From an uncultured Methanosarcinales archaeon (GTDB lineage: Archaea > Nanobdellota > Nanobdellia > Woesearchaeales > GW2011-AR9): a stretch of DNA of 64,000 nt. The DNA lies in assembly GCA_964360675.1 (NCBI GenBank), contig CAYHXT010000001.1:10491-74490 (forward strand), given 5' to 3'. The translations under genes were made by a program, and so were the position numbers. The number at the start of each line of letters is the position of its first letter. Positions within the stretch are counted from its first letter, which is position 1. Shown one piece after another: positions 56,236-64,000 of this stretch. Under the pieces are notes generated by a model. That model was not told the DNA's origin. It made no database searches and worked only from the letters and a program-made list of their open reading frames with translations.

Positions 56236-58317
56236 ATGAAAAAAATAGTTTGTGTTATTCCTGCGAGAGGCGGTTCTAAAGGAATTCCGAGGAAGAATAT
56301 CAAATCATTAGCTGGAAAACCTTTGATAAGTTATAATATCTCGGCTTCTAAGAATTCCGGGCATATAATTGAAACTTATGTTTCTACCGACGATCAAGAA
56401 ATAGCTGAAATTTCCAGTAATTTTGGCGCGAAGATTATTGATAGGCCGAAGGAATTTGCGACAGATACCGCAAGCAGCGAATCAGCATTGCTACATTTCG
56501 CAGAAAATGTAGATTTTGATGTGCTGGTCTTCCTGCAATGCACTTCTCCATTGACCAAAACCGAGGATATCGATGGGGCGATTGAAAAATATCTTTTCGG
56601 AAATTATGATTCTGTTCTTTCTGTCTGTGAAGATAGAGGGGGATTTCTTTGCGGCGGTTTTACTTGGGATGAAGATGGAAATTCAGTGAATTACGACTTT
56701 AAGAATAGAAAGCGCCGACAGCAGAATAAAAGATTCTATCGTGAAAATGGGGCGATTTATGTATTCAGCAAAGAAGGATTATTAAAACACAAAAATCGGC
56801 TGCATGAGAAGGTGGGTCTTTACGTAATGCCTTCGTTAAGATCTTTCGAGATAGATGAACCTGAAGATTTTCTAACTATTGAAAAATTATTTACAATTGA
56901 CAAAAGGCAGGATAATGTTAACAATAATAATTTCCATATGATAAAGATGGTCATTTTTGACTGCGACGGGGTACTTACTGATGGTTCAGTATATATGGAT
57001 CCTGACGGAAAGGAAACTTTGAGGTTCTCAAGAATAGACGGCCATGGAATAGGCATGTTAAATAAAGCAGGGTACATACTGGGTATCATCAGTTCTGAAA
57101 ATTCCGAAATCATCCGAAAAAGGGCTGAAAAGTTGAATATATCCGAAGTGTTTTTAGGAATTAAAGATAAATTAAAAATATATCAAGAATTAAAGGACAA
57201 ATATAATCTAAAAGATGGGGAAATATGTTACTGCGGAGACGACCTTTCTGATATGGAGATATTAAAGAAAGTAGGCCTGTCCTGCTGTCCATCCAATTCT
57301 CAACCAGAAGTTAAAGAGATATGTACTTTTGTTTCAGAATACGAAGGAAGCAATGGTTTTGTAAGGCAAGTATCAAATCTTATTTTAAAGAGCATAAAAT
57401 CAAAAGAGATATTAAATAAAGGTGATAAAGAAAAAATGAAAACACTAAAAATAAATGATGTGGAAATCTCAAATGAAAGCAAGCCTTTTTTCATCGCTGA
57501 AATAGGCATCAATCATAATGGTTCGATGGATCTTGCAAAAAAAATGATTGATCTGGCAGTCATTACCGGCGTAAACGCAGTTAAGTTTCAAAAAAGAACG
57601 GTAGAACTATGTGTGCCGGACAACGTTAAAAATTCCATGCGAGAAACCCCTTGGGGAAAAATGACTTATTTTGATTACAAAAAGAAAATTGAATTTGAAG
57701 AAGAAGAATACAAAGAAATAGACCGTTATTGCAAGGAGAAAGGAATACTTTGGACCGCTTCTGTCTGGGATATACCCAGCCTTGAGTTTATCGAAAGATT
57801 CAACGTGGCTTTCCATAAAATACCTTCTGCGTTATTAACCCATAAAGATTTATTATTAAAAATCAAAGAAACTGGAAAACCAGTTATCCTTTCCACAGGC
57901 ATGAGCACTGAAGAGGAAGTCTTAAAAGCAGTATCTTTATTTGGGGAGAATTATCCTTTGGCGATATTACATTGTAATTCCGGCTATCCGGCTAAAGAAG
58001 AAGAACTTAATTTAAATTACATACTGAATTTAAAACAAATGTTCCCAAATAACATCATCGGTTATAGCGGACATGAGAGGGGAATCTCAGCCACTTTGGT
58101 TGCTGCTACGCTTGGCGCAAAGATATTAGAAAGGCATATAACTTTAGATAGGTCTATGTGGGGCACTGATCAGGCCGCATCTATCGAATTCGATGGATTA
58201 AGGAGATTAGTAAGGGATTTAAATAGTTTAAATATCTGGTTTGGAAACGGAATTAAAACCGTAACAGAAACCGAAAAAACAGTTAGAGATAAATTAAGAA
58301 ATGTCAACACATTGTGA
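56236..58317 (+). CDS. Triple fusion: CMP-nonulosonate synthetase (NeuA) + KdsC-type HAD phosphatase + nonulosonate synthase (NeuB, no C-terminal SAF domain)
   Basis: IPARGGSKG.P.KN, LQ.TSP, ENGA.Y; DCDGVLTDG, GDD.SD; IAEIGINHNG, KFQKR, STGMS, GYSGHE, ERH.TLD. Confidence 0.9.
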   Translation: MKKIVCVIPARGGSKGIPRKNIKSLAGKPLISYNISASKNSGHIIETYVSTDDQEIAEISSNFGAKIIDRPKEFATDTASSESALLHFAENVDFDVLVFLQCTSPLTKTEDIDGAIEKYLFGNYDSVLSVCEDRGGFLCGGFTWDEDGNSVNYDFKNRKRRQQNKRFYRENGAIYVFSKEGLLKHKNRLHEKVGLYVMPSLRSFEIDEPEDFLTIEKLFTIDKRQDNVNNNNFHMIKMVIFDCDGVLTDGSVYMDPDGKETLRFSRIDGHGIGMLNKAGYILGIISSENSEIIRKRAEKLNISEVFLGIKDKLKIYQELKDKYNLKDGEICYCGDDLSDMEILKKVGLSCCPSNSQPEVKEICTFVSEYEGSNGFVRQVSNLILKSIKSKEILNKGDKEKMKTLKINDVEISNESKPFFIAEIGINHNGSMDLAKKMIDLAVITGVNAVKFQKRTVELCVPDNVKNSMRETPWGKMTYFDYKKKIEFEEEEYKEIDRYCKEKGILWTASVWDIPSLEFIERFNVAFHKIPSALLTHKDLLLKIKETGKPVILSTGMSTEEEVLKAVSLFGENYPLAILHCNSGYPAKEEELNLNYILNLKQMFPNNIIGYSGHERGISATLVAATLGAKILERHITLDRSMWGTDQAASIEFDGLRRLVRDLNSLNIWFGNGIKTVTETEKTVRDKLRNVNTL

Positions 58318-59873
58318 GGTTTTTAAGAAAAATGATAAAAGAAGCAGATTTGTCTAATTTTAAGGTATTGATGTTATACCCTAATCAGCGTACAGTTAGT
58401 TTGGTTCCTCCTTCATTAGCTTTGTTCTCAAGCTTGTTAAAAGAGAGAAATGCTGAAGTAAAGCTGTTTGATACTACTTTTTATCGAATGGACTGTGAAG
58501 ATTCAGACAAAGCACGTGAGAAAAATCTGACAGTACATCCGGTAAATGAGGCTTCTTTAGTAATCGAATATCATAATGGAAATGTATTTGAAGACTTATG
58601 TAAAGTTGTAGAAGATTTCCGCCCAAATATAATCTTGGCAACAGCTACAGACAGCACTTTTCCTTTGGCTTTAGATCTATTCAAAGCAGTACAGAAATAT
58701 AAATCTCAATATCATTTTTTAACATTATTGGGTGGTGTTTTTGCTACCTTCGCTCCGGAAAGAAGCATAAGTTATCCTGAAATAGACATTATCTGCGTCG
58801 GTGAAGGAGAAGGTCCGCTCATAGATCTCTGCGATCGTCTGTGCAAAGGCGAATCATACGACGATATCCCTAATATCTGGTTGAAAACTAAAGAGGGAAC
58901 AATAGTAAAAAATAAAGTCCGGCCTCCAGCAGATATCAGTGAATTGCCTTCACCAGACTTCAGCATATTTGATGAGAAGAGGCTTTACAGGATGATGGGG
59001 GGTAAAGTGTATAAAATGCTGCCTATAGAGACCCATAGGGGCTGCCCTTATATGTGCACCTACTGCGGCTCTCCTACTCAAAATCGTTTTTATCTGGAAC
59101 AGACCAGCTCTAAATTTTATCGTGAAAAATCACTACGGGAAGTAAAGGAAGACTTATTGTTTCAAATTAAAAAATGGAAACCGACATACATTTTCTTTTG
59201 GGCAGATACTTTCTTAGCCTATAGCGAGGAAAAGATAGATGAATTCTGTGAATTCTATTCTAAAATCAAAATCCCTTTTTATTGCCAGGCAAGACCTGAG
59301 ACGATTACTGAATCTAAAATCATAAAATTGAAAGCCGTAGGCCTTGATCGTGTAGGCGTAGGCATAGAGCATGGCAACGAGCAGTATAGAAGCACCGTGC
59401 TTAAGAGGTATTACAAGAATTCGCAGGTCATAGAATGCATGGAGATTGTAAGAAAGCATGGCATAAGTTTCAGCCTTAATAACATTATCGGTCTTCCCGA
59501 TGAAACTCCGGAACTGGCCATGGATACTGTTGAACTTAACCGAAGCATAAAAGGTTTTGAAGATTCAAGCTGTTCTATCTTCCAGCCTTATTACGGCACC
59601 CCTTTAAGGGCTTTATGTGTGGAGAAAGGATATATCAGTCCCGACTTAATATGTCCGCATAACGCATCAGACTCTCTGTTGAACATGCCTAGTTTTCCTA
59701 AAGAAAGAATCTCCGGTTTAGCAAGAACTTTCAGCTTATATATCCGGCTACCAAAAGATAGATGGGATGAGATAAAAGTAGCTGAAAAATTCACGGAAGA
59801 AGGAAATGCGATGTTTGAAAAATTATCCCAAGAAGTCATAGAGAAGTTCTTTGTTCCGGAAAGCGATCTGTGA
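58314..59873 (+). CDS. B12-binding radical SAM protein
   Basis: GGVFAT, GEGE, HRGCPYMCTYC, GIEHG, IIGLP.ET. Confidence 0.88.
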   Translation: MRFLRKMIKEADLSNFKVLMLYPNQRTVSLVPPSLALFSSLLKERNAEVKLFDTTFYRMDCEDSDKAREKNLTVHPVNEASLVIEYHNGNVFEDLCKVVEDFRPNIILATATDSTFPLALDLFKAVQKYKSQYHFLTLLGGVFATFAPERSISYPEIDIICVGEGEGPLIDLCDRLCKGESYDDIPNIWLKTKEGTIVKNKVRPPADISELPSPDFSIFDEKRLYRMMGGKVYKMLPIETHRGCPYMCTYCGSPTQNRFYLEQTSSKFYREKSLREVKEDLLFQIKKWKPTYIFFWADTFLAYSEEKIDEFCEFYSKIKIPFYCQARPETITESKIIKLKAVGLDRVGVGIEHGNEQYRSTVLKRYYKNSQVIECMEIVRKHGISFSLNNIIGLPDETPELAMDTVELNRSIKGFEDSSCSIFQPYYGTPLRALCVEKGYISPDLICPHNASDSLLNMPSFPKERISGLARTFSLYIRLPKDRWDEIKVAEKFTEEGNAMFEKLSQEVIEKFFVPESDL

Positions 59874-60033
59874 TTTAATCTCTTGCAGAAGTTAAGAGAA
59901 ATGTTAAAGTTTCTGTAAAGAAAGACTATTTTAATTTATATCTTATTGCCATGATTATCGCATGGTTTGCGTATGTTATATATTATGAATGGGAGAAGAA
60001 AAGGAGATAAGGGGCCAATCAATAGATTTTCAT

Positions 60034-60972
60034 TCATTCCTTCACCGCGTGGATGAGCATCGCGGTAGGGGATAGCTTTTTGCTGCGGACCATGTATCCG
60101 TCCAGGAATTTAAGAAAGGCCGCAAGTTGATGAGCATTCTCGCCTCTTATCCCCCCGATTATCTTATCGATAAAAGAGTTTGAATAATCGATGCTCTTGA
60201 TATTAAAATGTTCTTCCACGGTTTTCAGGATGACTTCTTCAGAGTCGGTGATATTGTCCATCGGAGACTGTTCGTGCTCTTCCAGATATTTTATCTCATT
60301 ATATATCTCATCTACATAGTTATTCCATTCTTCATCACTATTAAGGTGGTTTAATTTTTTGTCATAATCTATCCAAGTAGGCAGAATCGCTCTCATAAGA
60401 GCTAAAAATTCGGCCGAATCACGAGTGATATTGTTCCTTATAGGTTCAAAAATAATGATATTACCTCCTTTCTTCAATGAAGCAGATAATTTTCCCATCA
60501 ACGATTTAACTTCTGGAAGATGATGAAGAGATCCAAAGAACACAATAGTATCAAAATAATCTTTTTCTAAACTCATGGTAAGAATATTGTCATTGGCATA
60601 TCTTAAAGAACCGAAATTGTCCTTGAATTTATTTTCAGAAAGGAATTCTTCAGCGATCTCAATGCTTTTTTCAGAGACATCTATTCCGACCACATCAAGC
60701 CCATTCCTGGCCAATTCTAAACTGAGATAACCCATTCCGCAGCCGACTTCCAGAACATTCCCGCCCCGTTTTCTGGCGGTATCAATCATAAAATTAAAAA
60801 TCGGCATCAGATGGATATCTACTAATTTTGGGTCTCTCCAGACATTGTTATAGAACCAATCTACTTTTTTGAGTTTCCTTAGATCAGGTACAAAACCGTT
60901 TTTTATCCTCTCAATATTATTCCTGTCGAATTCCTTAGCTTCTTCTTTTATCTTTTCTTTGTAATTGTCCAT
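60034..60972 (-). CDS. Class I SAM-dependent methyltransferase
   Basis: VLEVGCGMG, GIDVS, SLHH, LK.GG. Confidence 0.85.
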   Translation of the reverse strand: MDNYKEKIKEEAKEFDRNNIERIKNGFVPDLRKLKKVDWFYNNVWRDPKLVDIHLMPIFNFMIDTARKRGGNVLEVGCGMGYLSLELARNGLDVVGIDVSEKSIEIAEEFLSENKFKDNFGSLRYANDNILTMSLEKDYFDTIVFFGSLHHLPEVKSLMGKLSASLKKGGNIIIFEPIRNNITRDSAEFLALMRAILPTWIDYDKKLNHLNSDEEWNNYVDEIYNEIKYLEEHEQSPMDNITDSEEVILKTVEEHFNIKSIDYSNSFIDKIIGGIRGENAHQLAAFLKFLDGYMVRSKKLSPTAMLIHAVKE

Positions 60973-60982
60973 TTTTAAGAAC

Positions 60983-62524
60983 CTATCTTAATGATTTTTT
61001 GATGATATTATAAATCCTTTTATGGCCATTTCCATCCACTTTATAAAAGTTATCTTTGACATATTTATCTCTGCGGGCCTTATTTGATTTGAGGTTGAAA
61101 CCTTCTAAGAAGCGGCTAATCTTATCTAAAATTTGGCTTGTATCAATAAGGTATAAAGAGATTTCCTTGTTTATGTATCTGGCACCACCCCAGTCTTGTT
61201 GGTTGATGTTGTTAAATAAATCCAATAGTATTATCGGTTTATTAAGTATGGTGGCAGCGCATAAAGTTGTTGAATAGATGCCAATCACTAAATCAGCCTG
61301 ATCAATCAGTTCATAAGTATCGGCCTCTTTTTGGATATCGACCCGCCCATTGTCTTTTAAAAAATAGATATAACCTTCTTTATCTTCCAGAGGATGCAAT
61401 TTAATTGTTTTTTTAGATTCCTCAAATAAGCTGAATATTCTAGACAAATGTTCCATAAATAACTCTTTCTGCTCGGCGTTCCATATATTTAACTCTAAAA
61501 ACGGCTGGGTCAATACTAAAATGTTTTTAACCTCTTTTATGCTCTTAAGTTGGGATTTTTTATATTTCAACAGATCATCAAACATCAAAGGACCAGTGAC
61601 TTGTATTTTCTCTTTATCACATCCTAATTCAATCAAGTTCTTTTTATATCTCTCTCCGAAAACTAATATATTGGTGGAATATAATTCCATAGAGAGAACT
61701 CCTTCTCCTATCCCGTGCTGTATGTAATATACCAAGAGATGGTTGTTTTTAGCGATGGCTATAGCGCATCTTTCAGCAAGGCTATTGACTGCCGTAAGCA
61801 CAATTGCCTTAATATCACGTTCTTTGACTATCTTTTTCAGAAGTTCATAATAAAGAACGAGAAGATACAGAAATTCTTTTGAGAAATAAAAATCGAGGGG
61901 ATGCTTAAAATAAGACCAAGCCGATTTGCCGCCGATAGTTATTAATTCCTGTTTGTGCTCTTCGGATAATTGTTTCCACTTATAAAATAATTCTCTTGAA
62001 CTATTTTTTGCCTTCTCATGAATAGCAGTATCATAATAATTGTAAATATTATTCTTATCTTTAATCAGGTCATAGGTGTTTTTAGACAGAGGATCAACAA
62101 ATAAGACAAAATCATTAAAGCCGGCATCATCCTTAAAATCATCGATCAAATTCTGGAGACGGTCAATTTTCCATTCTTTAGAAAGATGGTTGGTATAAGT
62201 TATGAACATGACATTGTTTTCTTTACTCAAACTAGCCTCGCTTGAAGTTCTTTTCCTGATTTTGTTTTTCTCGTTTAAAAGAAGATATTTGGCCATCAAT
62301 TTGGCAGTCAGCGATAACTTCTTTTGTTCGTACAGCCCTAATGGCTTATCCTCTTTAAAATTCTTATAAGTGTTTATCTTTGCTGGAAGGACATGTTCAG
62401 CTAAGAATCTTTCCAAGAACCACCACAGCGGTGTACCTTCTATCTGAAACAGTTCATCAAAACTATTTCCTCCAATGATCTTCTTTTTTGACCAGTTATC
62501 CGATGATAGATCCAATAGATTCAT
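60983..62524 (-). CDS. GT-B fold protein, candidate nonulosonate (sialyl)transferase or glycerophosphotransferase-like
   Basis: QHG, VTG...D, TQP, KLHP, YSTT motifs; ATG 62524 overlaps upstream stop. Confidence 0.55.
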   Translation of the reverse strand: MNLLDLSSDNWSKKKIIGGNSFDELFQIEGTPLWWFLERFLAEHVLPAKINTYKNFKEDKPLGLYEQKKLSLTAKLMAKYLLLNEKNKIRKRTSSEASLSKENNVMFITYTNHLSKEWKIDRLQNLIDDFKDDAGFNDFVLFVDPLSKNTYDLIKDKNNIYNYYDTAIHEKAKNSSRELFYKWKQLSEEHKQELITIGGKSAWSYFKHPLDFYFSKEFLYLLVLYYELLKKIVKERDIKAIVLTAVNSLAERCAIAIAKNNHLLVYYIQHGIGEGVLSMELYSTNILVFGERYKKNLIELGCDKEKIQVTGPLMFDDLLKYKKSQLKSIKEVKNILVLTQPFLELNIWNAEQKELFMEHLSRIFSLFEESKKTIKLHPLEDKEGYIYFLKDNGRVDIQKEADTYELIDQADLVIGIYSTTLCAATILNKPIILLDLFNNINQQDWGGARYINKEISLYLIDTSQILDKISRFLEGFNLKSNKARRDKYVKDNFYKVDGNGHKRIYNIIKKSLR

Positions 62525-63870
62525 TTTATAAGCTTCCCCCAACTGCCATTAATAATTTTCCAGACATTTTCATTGAGATTTCCATCATTTTCCATCCTTG
62601 TTGCTTTTACAAGTGTTATTAAATGGGAGTAGTTTTCTATCTGTCTTTTAAGGTATGGGGCTGGCATAGCTTCTCTTTGGATCTGATCGACCTCTTTTCT
62701 GTTTTCATCTACTTTTTTCCGGTTGATGATTGTATTTAATTCTACATCCAAAATATAAGAGAAATCTGGTTTAGGAAACAGTTTTAATAATCTCCTTAAA
62801 ACCAAGCTATTTTTGGCATAAGGGTACTGCCCATAAAAATCATAAAAATATCTATCTGTTATAACTAACTCTCCCCTCTTCAGCGAGGGCCTGATGTTTT
62901 TCATGTAGCGGTAATAAAACTCAGTAAAAGAATATAAAAATAATAATTCCTGAAATAAATCAAATCTCTTAATCTCCTCGCGATAATTAATGCTTTTGAA
63001 AAGTGAATTGTCCCGTCTTTTAAACAATTTAGAGAGCAATCTGGTAAGGGGCATTTCAGGCTTCCAGCCAAAATAATAATAATGCGGTCTTACACCTAAA
63101 TGTTTAGTAAGCTCTTCATATCTTTCTAAAGTTCTTCGCGAGAGTGTACTTTTACCGCTGCCATTGACGCCGCTTAGTGTGATTAGGCAGCCCTTTCTTC
63201 TGAAATCTACTTTTCGCAGTAAAGCCATAAACACTTTTTTAGAGAGATAGAGTACTGTAGAAGGTTCTTGTGATAATTTGCATAGCCATGAAATAAAAAT
63301 GCCCCCTTTGTCAAGCTGATATTTACATAAAATGACTTTCTTGAATCCAATTTCCCAGCGGTTCTTTACTAATTGCTGTTTAATATAATCGCAGTCTATA
63401 CCGGAATCATTGATTCTGTCCAATATGTCCTTCTCTTTTTCCGTGATCCTGAAATTTTCAAAAATAATATGTCCGGCATGAATCAAGATGGAATCTTCAA
63501 TGCTGGGAATTATAATCAGTGGGGCAATTATTTTTTTTCTTTCAAATACCGGTATCTTATCTAATGCCTTAATACCATGCCAAGCGATCTCTCTGTGAAG
63601 GTGGACGGAAATCAGCCGATCATTGACTAATCCGCAATACATCCGTTTATATCTCTCTATTTTTTCAGACAGTCTCAAAAGAAATCCTTTTTCTTCTAAT
63701 AAATCAGCTGCTTTCCTGTAATCTTTATCGGTCTCAAAAAGGATATCCAGGTTCTTGTTCTGGCCTTTAAAAATATGCTCGCATTTGAAGAGGATATAAC
63801 TTAAACTATTCCGATTAAACAATTCAATAATGTTCATCAGTTCTGGCGTGGTTTTGTGATACCTATCCAT
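62521..63870 (-). CDS. Nucleotidyltransferase-like + thymidylate-kinase-like fusion (paralogue of 48171)
   Basis: Y..FK..LDIL, HLH N-domain; GVNGSGKST, ITDRYFYD, FPKPD. Confidence 0.7.
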   Translation of the reverse strand: MDRYHKTTPELMNIIELFNRNSLSYILFKCEHIFKGQNKNLDILFETDKDYRKAADLLEEKGFLLRLSEKIERYKRMYCGLVNDRLISVHLHREIAWHGIKALDKIPVFERKKIIAPLIIIPSIEDSILIHAGHIIFENFRITEKEKDILDRINDSGIDCDYIKQQLVKNRWEIGFKKVILCKYQLDKGGIFISWLCKLSQEPSTVLYLSKKVFMALLRKVDFRRKGCLITLSGVNGSGKSTLSRRTLERYEELTKHLGVRPHYYYFGWKPEMPLTRLLSKLFKRRDNSLFKSINYREEIKRFDLFQELLFLYSFTEFYYRYMKNIRPSLKRGELVITDRYFYDFYGQYPYAKNSLVLRRLLKLFPKPDFSYILDVELNTIINRKKVDENRKEVDQIQREAMPAPYLKRQIENYSHLITLVKATRMENDGNLNENVWKIINGSWGKLIK

Positions 63871-64000
63871 TATTTTTTAACTATAAGGTCATTATACACT
63901 TGACCATATTCTTCCTCAAATTTTTTTTTAGAAAATTTACTCTCAGCAACTTTTCTGCAGTTCTGCTGATAATGATTATAATTTTTCTTCAGTTTTTTTA
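63870..64000 (-). CDS. C-terminal end of a probable GT4 glycosyltransferase (partial, runs off window)
   Basis: ...NCRKVAESKFSKKKFEEEYGQVYNDLIVKK*, stop overlaps next ATG. Confidence 0.55.
   Translation of the reverse strand, partial: KKLKKNYNHYQQNCRKVAESKFSKKKFEEEYGQVYNDLIVKK

Noticed and set aside
63921..63929. Possible frameshift in a 9-nt homopolymer of the terminal GT fragment
   Set aside because: Nine bases keep the frame (KKK) through to the stop that overlaps the next ATG

Overview
AT-rich, densely coding window that is almost entirely a very large surface-glycan (glycosylation/polysaccharide) biosynthesis and modification region. Archaeal-type TATA boxes about 25 nt upstream of starts, apparently leaderless genes, GT-C glycosyltransferases and a stand-alone 5S rRNA gene suggest an archaeon, probably a DPANN lineage such as Woesearchaeota (inference). 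Highlights: (1) a Campylobacter-like phosphoramidate (P-N bond) pathway (glutamine kinase, amidate hydrolase, cytidylyltransferase) running directly into a pyruvate kinase-ATP sulfurylase fusion, a P-loop kinase, a sulfotransferase and CysQ; (2) several whole-pathway fusions (GDP-mannose three-in-one, NeuA-KdsC-NeuB, C-methyltransferase plus an altered Gmd); (3) a 395-aa intein with a Vsr/DUF559-like nuclease next to the PLP lysine of a DegT-family sugar aminotransferase; (4) an intergenic array of six back-to-back hairpins, five with a single bulged base; (5) three cobalamin-binding radical SAM enzymes. All assignments come from reading motifs; no searches were run.
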